From contig NZ_JAUNTJ010000018.1 of NCBI RefSeq assembly GCF_030538755.1, forward strand, positions 1,637 through 65,636: a stretch of 64,000 nucleotides of DNA, given 5' to 3'. This document shows positions 48,592 to 58,040 of the stretch, one piece after another. Below the pieces are notes generated by a model that worked only from the letters and a program-made list of their open reading frames with translations, was not told the origin of the DNA and did not search any database. Every line of letters starts with the position of its first letter. Positions within the stretch are counted from its first letter, which is position 1. A program made the translations under genes and the position numbers. This stretch comes from Paracoccus sp. (in: a-proteobacteria) (GTDB lineage: Bacteria > Pseudomonadota > Alphaproteobacteria > Rhodobacterales > Rhodobacteraceae).

Positions 48592-51138
48592 TTGCTCCGC
48601 TCTGTTCTTGCCTTTTTCGGCGCGATCTTTTCGTGGTTCGTCACCGCCGCCTTTTTCATCGCCCTGACGGTGGGCGGCGTGTTCTGGATGTATTCGCGCG
48701 ACCTGCCCGATGAACGCACGCTGGCGCAATATGAACCCAAGATCATCAGCCGCGTCTATTCCGGCGAAGGCCGCCTGATCGACGAATTCGCCCATGAACG
48801 CCGCCTGTTCGTGCCGATCAGCGAAATTCCCGATCTGGTGAAAGAGGCGTTCATCAGCGCCGAGGACAAGGATTTCTACCACCACTCGGGCTATGATCCG
48901 CGCGGCATCGTCGCCGCGCTGGTCGAGGCGGTGGCGACGGGCGGCGACCGCGTGCGCGGGGCCTCGACCATCACGCAGCAGGTGACCAAGAACTTTCTGC
49001 TGTCCAGCGACCGCAGCATCGAACGCAAGGTCAAAGAGGTGATCCTGTCCACCCGGCTGGAACAGTCGCTGACCAAGAACCAGATCCTTGAACTGTATCT
49101 GAACGAGATTTTTCTGGGTCAGAACAGCTATGGCGTGGCCGCCGCCGCGCAGACCTATTTCAACAAGACGCTGGCCGAACTGGCCCCGCACGAGGCCGCG
49201 ACGCTGGCCGCCATGCCGCAGGCTCCGGGCCGTTACCACCCGGTGCGCGCCAAGGACCGCGTGACCGACCGCCGCAACTATGTGCTGCGCGAGATGTGGC
49301 AGAACGGTTATATCGACCAGGCCACCTACGAGGCCGAGGCGGTCTTGCCGCTGCGATCGGTGCAGAACGGCGACTATCCCGATTTCCGCCAGCAACTGCC
49401 GCCGCGCGATTATTTCACCGATGAAATCCGCCGCCAGTTGTCGCGCGAATTTGGCGAGGACCAGTTCTTTGGCGGCGGTCTGGCCATCCGCGCCACCATC
49501 GAACCGCAGTTGCAGGCCGTCGCCGCGTCGGCGCTGCAAGAGGCGCTGGAAAGCTATGACCGGGGTCTGGGCATCTGGCGCGGCACCGGCCAGACCATCC
49601 CCGAAACCGCGCTGGCCGATCAGGCCGAATGGCGCGGCGCGCTGTTCGAGGCCGATGTCCCGCGCGACATCCCCGGCTGGCTGCCCGCTGTGGTTCTGTC
49701 CACCGAGGGCAGCGACGCCCGCATCGGCATCGAAGGGATCGAGGACAACCCGCAGGGCCACTGGATCCCCGCCCGCGACGTGCAATGGGCACGCCGCCGC
49801 AACGAAGACGGCACGCTTGGCCGCCGCGCTCAGGTCGCGGGCGATCTGGTCCGCCCCGGCGAGGTGGTGCTGGTCCGTGCCATGACCAATGACAGCGACG
49901 GCAGCTTTATCCGCTGGACGCTGCGGCAGGTGCCGCAGGTGCAGGGCGGGTTCATGGCGATGGACGTGAACACGGGCCGGGTGCTGGCGATGCAGGGCGG
50001 CTTTTCCTATCAGTCGTCGGGCTTTAACCGCGCCACGCAGGCGATGCGCCAGCCCGGTTCCAGCTTCAAGCCCTTTGTCTATGCCGCCGCGCTGGACAAT
50101 AACTATACCCCCGCCACCATCGTCGTGGACGAACCGATCCGCATCAACACGCCGCAAGGTCTGTGGGAGCCGAAGAATGCTTCCGGCCGGCACTATGGCC
50201 CGACGCCGCTGCGCACCGGGATCGAACAGTCGCGCAACCTGATGACGATCCGTATCGCGCAGGACATCGGCATGAATGTGGTGGCCAGATATGCCGAGGA
50301 GTTCGGCGTTTATGACCATCTGGAACCGTTCCTCGCCAACGCGCTTGGGGCACAGGAAACCACGCTGTTCCGCATGGTCGCCGCCTATGCCATGTTCGCC
50401 AACGGCGGCGAGCGGGTGGAACCCACGCTGGTGGACCGGGTGCAGGACCGGCGCGGCCATACGGTTTACCGCCACGACCGCCGCACCTGCGAAACCTGCG
50501 GCCGTCAGGCTCTGCCCGCGGGCGAGGCGCCGGTGATCGGCAGCAACCGCGAACGGGTGATGGATGCGGTGACGGCCTATCAGCTGACCTCGATGATGGA
50601 AGGCGTGGTCAAGCGCGGCTCGGGCAAGGGGGTGAACCTGCCGGTGCCTTCGGCCGGGAAAACCGGCACCACCAACGATGCCAAGGACGTGTGGTATATC
50701 GGCTATACCAGCAATATCGTGGCCGGCTGCTATCTGGGCTATGACCAGCCGCGTTCGCTGGGGCAGGGGGCCTATGGCGGGACGCTGTGCGTGCCGGTGT
50801 TCAACGCCTTCATGCGGCAGGCGGTGCGCAAATACGGCGGCACGGCGTTCAAGGTGCCGCCGGGTGGTTTCTGGGTCAAGATCGACCGCGTGACCGGCCA
50901 GCGGCTGCCCGACAATGCCACCGGCGACAATGTGATTTCGGAATATTTCCGCAACGGCACCGACCCGGACTGGATGTCTCCGGTGATCGTGTCGGGCTTT
51001 GGCGACGGGCCGGTGACGCTGCCCTGGCAGGCCACCGAACAAGAGCGCGCCCGCAACGTCACCACCTCGACCGGCGAGCGCCGCGTGATCCCGCAACGCG
51101 CCGATTTCGGCACGCTGTCGTCGGGCGGGTTGTATTAA
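48592..51138 (+). CDS. mrcA: Penicillin-binding protein 1A
   Basis: Transglycosylase motifs AEDKDFY, GASTITQQ and RKVKE. Transpeptidase motifs SSFK, SRN and KTG. Confidence 0.95.
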   Translation: MLRSVLAFFGAIFSWFVTAAFFIALTVGGVFWMYSRDLPDERTLAQYEPKIISRVYSGEGRLIDEFAHERRLFVPISEIPDLVKEAFISAEDKDFYHHSGYDPRGIVAALVEAVATGGDRVRGASTITQQVTKNFLLSSDRSIERKVKEVILSTRLEQSLTKNQILELYLNEIFLGQNSYGVAAAAQTYFNKTLAELAPHEAATLAAMPQAPGRYHPVRAKDRVTDRRNYVLREMWQNGYIDQATYEAEAVLPLRSVQNGDYPDFRQQLPPRDYFTDEIRRQLSREFGEDQFFGGGLAIRATIEPQLQAVAASALQEALESYDRGLGIWRGTGQTIPETALADQAEWRGALFEADVPRDIPGWLPAVVLSTEGSDARIGIEGIEDNPQGHWIPARDVQWARRRNEDGTLGRRAQVAGDLVRPGEVVLVRAMTNDSDGSFIRWTLRQVPQVQGGFMAMDVNTGRVLAMQGGFSYQSSGFNRATQAMRQPGSSFKPFVYAAALDNNYTPATIVVDEPIRINTPQGLWEPKNASGRHYGPTPLRTGIEQSRNLMTIRIAQDIGMNVVARYAEEFGVYDHLEPFLANALGAQETTLFRMVAAYAMFANGGERVEPTLVDRVQDRRGHTVYRHDRRTCETCGRQALPAGEAPVIGSNRERVMDAVTAYQLTSMMEGVVKRGSGKGVNLPVPSAGKTGTTNDAKDVWYIGYTSNIVAGCYLGYDQPRSLGQGAYGGTLCVPVFNAFMRQAVRKYGGTAFKVPPGGFWVKIDRVTGQRLPDNATGDNVISEYFRNGTDPDWMSPVIVSGFGDGPVTLPWQATEQERARNVTTSTGERRVIPQRADFGTLSSGGLY

Positions 51139-51170
51139 CGGTCAGGCGGTGTGTCTGTGGCGCGGCTGTG

Positions 51171-51219
51171 ACCGGGGGTTTTACCCCCGGACCCCCAGGA
51201 TATTTTCAGACCAAAGATG
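51171..51219 (-). repeat. Dispersed intergenic repeat copy R9 (subfamily A)
   Basis: Minus strand: CATCTTTGGTCTGAAAATATCC-T-GGGGGTCCGGGGGTAAAACCCCCGGT. Starts 2 nt after the cysE TGA. Confidence 0.9.
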
Positions 51220-51221
51220 GG

Positions 51222-52049
51222 TCAGGGCGGGTCGCCGATGCCGAGAATCTGGTTCATCGAGGTTGCCGGTTCGTCACAGCCTGCATCGCCGATGACGCGC
51301 GCCGGGACGCCTGCGACGGTTTTGCAGCGCGGCACCTGATGCAGGACGACCGAGCCGGCGGCGATGCGGGAATGGTCGCCGACCTCGATATTGCCCAGCA
51401 CCTTGGCGCCTGCGCCGATCAGCACGCCATTGCCGATCTTGGGGTGGCGGTCGCCGTCTTCTTTGCCGGTGCCGCCCAGCGTGACCGAGTGCAGCATCGA
51501 CACATCATTGCCGACCACTGCGGTTTCTCCGATCACGATGGAGTGGGCGTGGTCGATCATCACGCCGGTTCCGATCCGCGCGGCGGGGTGAATATCGACG
51601 CCAAAGCATTCGGAACAGCGCATCTGCACGAAATAGGACAGATCGTGCCGCCCCTGTTCCCACAGCCAATGGCCGATGCGATAGGCTTGCAGCGCCTGAA
51701 AGCCTTTGAAGAACAGGATCGGCTGGATCAGCCGGTGTGTCGCGGGATCGCGGTCATAGACGGCCAGCAAATCCTCGCGCGCGGCATCGCCCAGTGCGGG
51801 CGTCTGTGCATAGGCCTGATCCGCGATTTCGCGCAGGATCTGTTCGGACATTTCATCCGAGGCAAGTTTAAGGGAAAAGCGATAGGCCAGCGCGGCTTCC
51901 AGGCTGCGATGATACAGCAGCCCGGCATGAATCAGCGCGCCCAGCAGCGGTTCATCCTGAACCGCGCTGCGGGCCTCGGTGCAAATCTGCGCCCAGATCG
52001 CATCCTTGTCGTGCGAAATGGCGCGTTTGCTGTTGGTCTGAATATTCAT
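51222..52049 (-). CDS. cysE: Serine O-acetyltransferase
   Basis: DRDPA, FKGFQALQAYR, DIHPAA, TLGGTGKEDGDRHPKIG and VAGVPA motifs. cysE commonly flanks Rhodobacterales GTA clusters. Confidence 0.96.
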   Translation of the reverse strand: MNIQTNSKRAISHDKDAIWAQICTEARSAVQDEPLLGALIHAGLLYHRSLEAALAYRFSLKLASDEMSEQILREIADQAYAQTPALGDAAREDLLAVYDRDPATHRLIQPILFFKGFQALQAYRIGHWLWEQGRHDLSYFVQMRCSECFGVDIHPAARIGTGVMIDHAHSIVIGETAVVGNDVSMLHSVTLGGTGKEDGDRHPKIGNGVLIGAGAKVLGNIEVGDHSRIAAGSVVLHQVPRCKTVAGVPARVIGDAGCDEPATSMNQILGIGDPP

Positions 52050-52126
52050 CGGCCCGCCCACTGGTTGTGCTGCATCCGTCTTAGCCCAGATGCAGGCCAG
52101 CGGAAAGCGCGGGCGGGCCGTAATCG

Positions 52127-52843
52127 TCAGCTGCGGGGGATACGCAGTTCCAGCCAGTGAACCGCGATCCTGACCGAACCACCGGCAAAGCTGCCGCCCT
52201 CGGCGGTCATCACGATGGTGTCGGGGCTGTAGAACGACATCGGGCTGCCCAGCAGACCCCGCGCCCATGACCCCTGCCCCATCCCCAGACCGCCACCAAA
52301 GCGATCCTCGGCCCCGGCATTGCCCAGCTTCCACGATGTCAGGCTGCCGGTGAGGGCATCGGTCACGCGGGCAACGGCGCCGATGACCATGACCCCTGCC
52401 GGGATGGTGATGCCGGTGTCCACCGTGGTGCCTGCGGTGACGGCGATTTCTGCCTCGGTCATGCCGGCCATCAGCGCCGATCCGAACAGCCCTATCGACA
52501 GCGCACCCGCAACCCAGACGCGGCCATCATGGACCGCCTCGACCCCCAGATCGACGATCTGCGCGCGCATCCCGGCCTGCGGGGGCACGAAAATCCAGCC
52601 GCCGTTGCTGCCAATGGCGATCTTGCCCGCCTGACCGGCCCAATCCCCCGACGCACCCGACGGCACGCCCCAGCATTCGCCGTCCGTTACCGTCTGAGGC
52701 GGCTCGGTGACGCTGCGGCTTTGCAGCACCAGATTGACCAGCCCGTCCAGACGCATCAGCGCCTCGTTCACGGTGACATGTTTCTGTGCCTGAGCGGGTT
52801 GCAGCAGCGGCATCCCCAGCCGTTGGGTGTCATTCAGAGACAT
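52127..52843 (-). CDS. DUF2793-like protein, putative GTA tail fibre/spike
   Basis: T.RL.MPLLQPAQAQKHVTVNEALMRLD...A.GDWAG..G.IA....GW.F..P..G N-terminal pattern. Overlaps the g15 end. Confidence 0.8.
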   Translation of the reverse strand: MSLNDTQRLGMPLLQPAQAQKHVTVNEALMRLDGLVNLVLQSRSVTEPPQTVTDGECWGVPSGASGDWAGQAGKIAIGSNGGWIFVPPQAGMRAQIVDLGVEAVHDGRVWVAGALSIGLFGSALMAGMTEAEIAVTAGTTVDTGITIPAGVMVIGAVARVTDALTGSLTSWKLGNAGAEDRFGGGLGMGQGSWARGLLGSPMSFYSPDTIVMTAEGGSFAGGSVRIAVHWLELRIPRS

Positions 52844-55800
52844 CGAAAACTCTCCTTGCAAAAGGGCCTGCGCCGTATTCATCCGAAAGCTGCGCCACGG
52901 CGGCGGTGAACGGGCCGGAACCGGCCAGTTCGGAGGGCACGACGAAACGCGGATCGGATGTGACCGTCTCGGACAGCACCTGCCCGTTGCGGGTCAACCG
53001 CACCAGATAGGCCTCGCGCGATTCGCCCAGGGGCACGTCCAGCCCGTCCCAGCCATCGCCGCCGATCCGGGTGCGGCGCACCCATGTCAGCACCCCGCCT
53101 TGCAGTCGCAGGTGGCAGGGCGACAAGGGCCGCAGCCCGTTCCCCTGAACCGGTGCCGACAGGCTGCGATAGCTGCCGTCATCCGGTCCGCGCAGGGCCG
53201 GACCGATGCGCCAGTGCCGCATCTGCCCCCGCACCGAGGGCGGCAGGTCCAGTTGCTGCGCCGCACCGTCCAGCAGCACCACCGCGCTGCCCGCAGGCCA
53301 GACGGCGGGCATCAGCGCATCCGTCCCCGCCTGACCACGCAACCGGCCCGAGATCTCCCACACATCGGGGGCGACGGGTCGTGCGGTCAGGAACTGGAAC
53401 AGCTCCCACCGCCCCGGCGTGCCGTCGCCGATGGCCATCAGGTTCGCACCCGCCAGCAGCCCCGTCTGCGAGGCCGATTTCAGACCGCCGCCTTTCAGCC
53501 GCACATGCAGCGCCGGGCCGCGATCCGTCATGCCGGGCCGGGCCGCAGCCAGATCGTTTTCCGTCACCCCCATGACCGAGCGACGCAGAACGGTGGTGTT
53601 CAGATCGAACCCGCCATCCTCGCCCACCGACACATAGGCCGCGACCGAGCCGGGCCAGGGCGTTGCCGTCACCGCCAGATGCGGGGCGTGCGGCACCTCG
53701 TCGCCATTCATCAGCGGCAGGTCCAGCATCAGCGGCCAGACCGGCAGCGCCGGGCGAAAGGCAACCGGCGCGGGGCTGTCGCTGACCGCTTCGGGCGCGG
53801 CATAGCTTGAGGCATCGACACGCACCGCCTCGACCGTGATCGCCCCGGCGCGTTCAACCCGGTCGATGCGCCAGCGATGCGCACCGCCCTTGTCCGTGCG
53901 CAGCCGCACGATGTCGCCCGGCCCCAGTGACGACCACGACGGCGGCACCGCAAAGCGCACCGTGTCGCGCGCCGCCAGCGACTCGGCCAGCCAGCGTTCG
54001 GCCACCTCGCGCCCCTCGCCACGGGTCAGCGCCATGGGAAACTCGCTTTCCGCGACCGAACCCTGATCGTCATCCGGCAGCATCGTTTCGGCGGTGGTGA
54101 CGGCATAATCGCCGCCCGCCTCGATATGAGTCAGCCGGATACGCCCCGAGATGTCCGACTGCGGCGCCCGCGCCGTTTCCGGGCCGGACAGTTCGCCCGC
54201 AATCGCCATATCATCAGGGCCAAGATCGGCCGTCACCCGACCGTCGCGCATGACAAAGCTCAGCTTGCCGTCGCGCTCGACCGGATCAAAGCCATAGGCC
54301 AGCATCAGCGGCTGCATCGCCGCGCGCCCGGTTTCGCCGCCCTGCAACGCATAGCCGCGCACCACGCCCGACAGCCCCGAGGTGTCAAAGGCCGCGATCC
54401 CCGCCTCGCGGCACAGATCGGCCACCACCGCCGACAGCGCCACCGCTCCGGCCCGACCGTTCAGCCAATGTCCGCGTTCCCACGCCGGACCATCACTCCA
54501 CAGGTCAGTGCGGGCGGGAAAGGCCGGAAAGGGCCGCGCATCCCAGCACCAGACATGAGCGCGCGACATGTCGATCATCCGGCCCCCGCCCTGCCGCGCC
54601 GGATTGTTGTCCGGGTCGCGCCAATAGCTGGTGAAGGCCTGCACATAGGCCGCCTGCAACGCATCGTTCCGCCGCCCGTTGGAATAATGCGGCAGCACGC
54701 TTTCGGAACTCATGGCGTCCAGAAACTTGTTCGGCTGGTTCGTCGCCTTGTCCAGCGCCGCACAGCCGTATTCCGTGAACCAGATCGGCTTCAGCCCCGG
54801 TTCCCAGGCGGTCGGGCGTTGCTGGCGCACACCGTTGATGCGTTCGTGATGCGTGTTGCCCCACCAGCCGCGCAGATCCTTATAGCGCCAGACCCAGTCC
54901 TCGCCATGGGCACCATCCTGAATCGGCGTGCGGATTTGCGCCGCACGATCCGCGTCGGATGCGTAATACCAGTCGAACCCCTCACCCCCGGCGACATTGG
55001 CGCGCAGATAAGCCGGGTTGTCGATCCGGCCCCAATGCGCATCGGCATGGGTCTCGCCTTCGCGCCAATCGGACAGCGGCATATAGTTGTCGATGCCCAC
55101 AAAGTCGATCGCATCATCCGCCCACAGCGGGTCCAGATGAAAGCGCACATCGCCGCCCGGCAGGTGATGGCCAAAATATTCCGACCAGTCCGAGGCATAG
55201 CCGATCTTGACATCCGGCCCCAGAATCTCGCGGCACTCACGCGCCAGACGGATCAGACCTTCCACGGCCGGATAGCGACCGTTGGCCCCACGAATACGGG
55301 TCATCGCCACCATTTCCGACCCGATCAGAAAGGAATCAATCCCGCCCGAGGCCGCGCACAGATGTGCGTAATGCAGGATGAACCGGCGATAAGACCATTC
55401 CTCCGGCCCGGAATAGATGATCCGGTCGCCCTCGCGACGGAAATCGCCGGGCTGCGCGCGTCCGAAAAACGCCGCAACTTCGGCATCCGCCGCAGCGGTG
55501 CCATCGGTGGTGCCTTCACGATCCGGCGCAATGGCCGTGGTCACGCGCCCGCGCCACGGCATGACCGGCTGTTCCGCCGCGCCATAAGGATCGGGGCGGC
55601 CATTTCCGGCGATCTGCTCCATCAGGATAAACGGATAGAACATCGCCTTGCGCCCGCTGTCGGCAATGGCCCGCAGCGCCTCGATCACCGACTGATCGCT
55701 GGGGGTGCCGCCATAGATCGGACGGCCATCGACCTGCGCCACCTCGCGCGCCTCGGCCCGCGTGATCCCGCCGGCACGCCAGGGCATTTCCGAGCCGTCC

Positions 55801-56699
55801 AGATCGGCATGTTCGACCTTGGGCTGCACCGTGCAATTCCCGATGCGAAGATCGTCACCGAACCACGACACGATCAGCGAGACCGAGCCGACATTGGGCA
55901 GCTCGCACCCCAGAATATCCAGCGAGGCGCTGAAGTCCGTGCCCCCCGTCGGCGTGTTGCGGTTCAGGGAAACCGTCTCGCCCAGCCCGAAATCGAACGT
56001 GACCGGAGTCGTCGCCAGCGCATATTCACCCGTGCCGGGGATCATCGCCACCGCCTGCACGTCACGCGGCAACCCGCTGCCGTCCTGCGCGGCGCGCGTC
56101 ACCTCGAACGTCAGTTGCGGCATCCGGTTGCCCCAGCGTTCCAGCGCCAGATTTTCCAGCACGACATAGGCGGTGCCGCGATAGGCAGGGGCGGCATCGC
56201 CCTCGGCCGCGGCAATCGCCGGATCGGGCATCTGCGTGTCATCGCCATGATAAACGCGCATGTTCAGATCAGCCGCCGCGATTTCCTCGCCATCGGCCCA
56301 GACCCGGCCCACGCCCAGAATCACGCCCTCGCACAGCGCCAGCGCGACCGACATCATATAGCTGATCTCGGTCACGCGCGGCTGCGGGCTGCCCTTGCCG
56401 CTGCCCTGCGAGCGGCGGATTTCCTGCAAAGGCGTTGCCCAGATCACATGCCCCGGCAACCGCATCTGCCCCCAGATGCGCGGAATGGGTTGCCCCTCGC
56501 CCGCCGTCGGCAGGCGCAGCCGGTCGATACGCCCGGTCTCAACCGCGCGCGAGCCGCCGCCCAGCAGTTTCTGGTCGATGATCCGCCCCACGGTCGCGCC
56601 GACCGCACGCCCCGCGACCGCGCCCGTAAGGCCCAGAAACGCGCCGCCAAACCCGCCTCCGACCGAAGCGCCCACCGCAGACAGCAGAATCGTGGCCAT
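52830..56699 (-). CDS. GTA baseplate multidomain protein megatron (g15)
   Basis: 1289 aa with MATILLSAVG, PAYRGTAYVV, IPGTGEY, RRFILHYAHL, IDNYMPLSDWR and RGHWLNGR. Confidence 0.93.
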   Translation of the reverse strand: MATILLSAVGASVGGGFGGAFLGLTGAVAGRAVGATVGRIIDQKLLGGGSRAVETGRIDRLRLPTAGEGQPIPRIWGQMRLPGHVIWATPLQEIRRSQGSGKGSPQPRVTEISYMMSVALALCEGVILGVGRVWADGEEIAAADLNMRVYHGDDTQMPDPAIAAAEGDAAPAYRGTAYVVLENLALERWGNRMPQLTFEVTRAAQDGSGLPRDVQAVAMIPGTGEYALATTPVTFDFGLGETVSLNRNTPTGGTDFSASLDILGCELPNVGSVSLIVSWFGDDLRIGNCTVQPKVEHADLDGSEMPWRAGGITRAEAREVAQVDGRPIYGGTPSDQSVIEALRAIADSGRKAMFYPFILMEQIAGNGRPDPYGAAEQPVMPWRGRVTTAIAPDREGTTDGTAAADAEVAAFFGRAQPGDFRREGDRIIYSGPEEWSYRRFILHYAHLCAASGGIDSFLIGSEMVAMTRIRGANGRYPAVEGLIRLARECREILGPDVKIGYASDWSEYFGHHLPGGDVRFHLDPLWADDAIDFVGIDNYMPLSDWREGETHADAHWGRIDNPAYLRANVAGGEGFDWYYASDADRAAQIRTPIQDGAHGEDWVWRYKDLRGWWGNTHHERINGVRQQRPTAWEPGLKPIWFTEYGCAALDKATNQPNKFLDAMSSESVLPHYSNGRRNDALQAAYVQAFTSYWRDPDNNPARQGGGRMIDMSRAHVWCWDARPFPAFPARTDLWSDGPAWERGHWLNGRAGAVALSAVVADLCREAGIAAFDTSGLSGVVRGYALQGGETGRAAMQPLMLAYGFDPVERDGKLSFVMRDGRVTADLGPDDMAIAGELSGPETARAPQSDISGRIRLTHIEAGGDYAVTTAETMLPDDDQGSVAESEFPMALTRGEGREVAERWLAESLAARDTVRFAVPPSWSSLGPGDIVRLRTDKGGAHRWRIDRVERAGAITVEAVRVDASSYAAPEAVSDSPAPVAFRPALPVWPLMLDLPLMNGDEVPHAPHLAVTATPWPGSVAAYVSVGEDGGFDLNTTVLRRSVMGVTENDLAAARPGMTDRGPALHVRLKGGGLKSASQTGLLAGANLMAIGDGTPGRWELFQFLTARPVAPDVWEISGRLRGQAGTDALMPAVWPAGSAVVLLDGAAQQLDLPPSVRGQMRHWRIGPALRGPDDGSYRSLSAPVQGNGLRPLSPCHLRLQGGVLTWVRRTRIGGDGWDGLDVPLGESREAYLVRLTRNGQVLSETVTSDPRFVVPSELAGSGPFTAAVAQLSDEYGAGPFARRVFDVSE

Positions 56700-56716
56700 T
56701 CGGGCCTCCTTTTGGT

Positions 56717-57157
56717 TCAGTTGGTTTCAGGGAACCGGAAACGCGCCGCGATCCGCGCGCGCCATGGCCCGCTTAACGGGCTTTCGATCACCCCGTGCCG
56801 CTCATAGGCATGGACAAAGCTGGCCGCTGGCCCCGTGCGGGCCAGAATGCCAAGATGTTTGGCGATGGCCCCCTGCCGCATCCGAAACAGCAAGACCTCG
56901 CCGGGCATGTCCGGGGCGGTCGCGGGCACCGGATGCAGATGCCGCAACGCGCCCTGCATCAGCACTTCTTGCCCGCCGATCTCGCCCCAGTCCGCCGTAT
57001 AGGGCGGGGCCTGTTCGGGTTCGCAACCACCGTTCAGATCGCGCCAGATGCCACGGATCAGGCCCAGACAATCGCTGCCTGCCCCCTTGACGCTGGCCTG
57101 ATGATGATAGGGCGTCCCGATCCAGCCCCGCGCAATCGCAACCACATCATGCGCCAT
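56717..57157 (-). CDS. GTA NlpC/P60 cell-wall peptidase (g14)
   Basis: ARGWIGTPYHHQAS.KG.G.DCLGLIRG and AKHLGI motifs. Confidence 0.92.
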   Translation of the reverse strand: MAHDVVAIARGWIGTPYHHQASVKGAGSDCLGLIRGIWRDLNGGCEPEQAPPYTADWGEIGGQEVLMQGALRHLHPVPATAPDMPGEVLLFRMRQGAIAKHLGILARTGPAASFVHAYERHGVIESPLSGPWRARIAARFRFPETN

Positions 57158-58040
57158 AGGTATCCTCCGGCGCGAGTGCCCAGATATTCGCCCGCTCATA
57201 GCCCGAATTATCCACCCGCCGCGCTCCGCTTTGCGGCGCGGCCAGCCAGTCTTCACCGGGCAGATGTGGAAAGCCGCGAAAGTTCAGATAGTTGTCGAAC
57301 TTGAACCGGCAGGCGCGCGGGCTTTTGTCGCAACCGGCAGTCAGCCGGATCACATCGCCCGGTTCGGGTATGATCGCCAGTGCCGACCAAAGCTCGATCT
57401 CGCGCCCGCCGCCGCTGCGCGCGCGGTCGTTCTTGATCCGCGCGCGCAGCCCCGCCGCCGCCCCGGTTTCCACATGCAGAACGCCACGTTCGAACCAGCG
57501 CGCCTCAAATCCGCTTTCGGCAAAGCGGAACAGCCGCCCCTCGGCACAGTTTGCCAGCGGCCACCGCGCAAACAAACCGTCGCGCAGCAGATCAACCCCG
57601 CATTGGCCATCCCCCAGCCCGGCCGAGCAGCGCGGGTGATACACCCGACCACGCGAATGGTTCAGCGGCTCGCTCAGCCCGCGCAGTTCCGCGCGAAAGG
57701 CACCACGGCTGTGGACGATCTCGCCCAGCGACCCGCGAAAGACCAGCCGCCGTGTGTCCAGCGCGGTCCAGTCCACCTCCCACATCATCAGTTCGGCAGC
57801 GTCCCAGCGACCGGCCATCAGGTCGATTTCGGTGATCGCGTCATCGGTCAGCGCGCCTTCAGCCTCGGTATTGTCCACCGACAGCCCGGCAGCCTGCACC
57901 AGCGCCATCGCCGACATGCCATGTTCGGGGCGAAAGCTGATCCCGTCGAATTCCAGCACGCTGTCATGGTCGGTAAAGCCCAGAACCACGCCGTCACGCC
58001 GCGTAATCGCCCAGGCGCGGGCAAAACAGGTCGCGCTCAT
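57147..58040 (-). CDS. GTA baseplate hub protein (g13, DUF2163-like)
   Basis: RRDGVVLGFTDHD, CSAGLGDGQC and GCDK....C..KF.N..NFRGFPHLPG motifs. Confidence 0.92.
   Translation of the reverse strand: MSATCFARAWAITRRDGVVLGFTDHDSVLEFDGISFRPEHGMSAMALVQAAGLSVDNTEAEGALTDDAITEIDLMAGRWDAAELMMWEVDWTALDTRRLVFRGSLGEIVHSRGAFRAELRGLSEPLNHSRGRVYHPRCSAGLGDGQCGVDLLRDGLFARWPLANCAEGRLFRFAESGFEARWFERGVLHVETGAAAGLRARIKNDRARSGGGREIELWSALAIIPEPGDVIRLTAGCDKSPRACRFKFDNYLNFRGFPHLPGEDWLAAPQSGARRVDNSGYERANIWALAPEDTYGA

Noticed and set aside
2202-51219. Repeat family as a CRISPR array or classical MITE/IS
   Set aside because: Copies are kilobases apart with no repeat-spacer periodicity and no cas genes. I see no terminal inverted repeats, target duplications or transposase.
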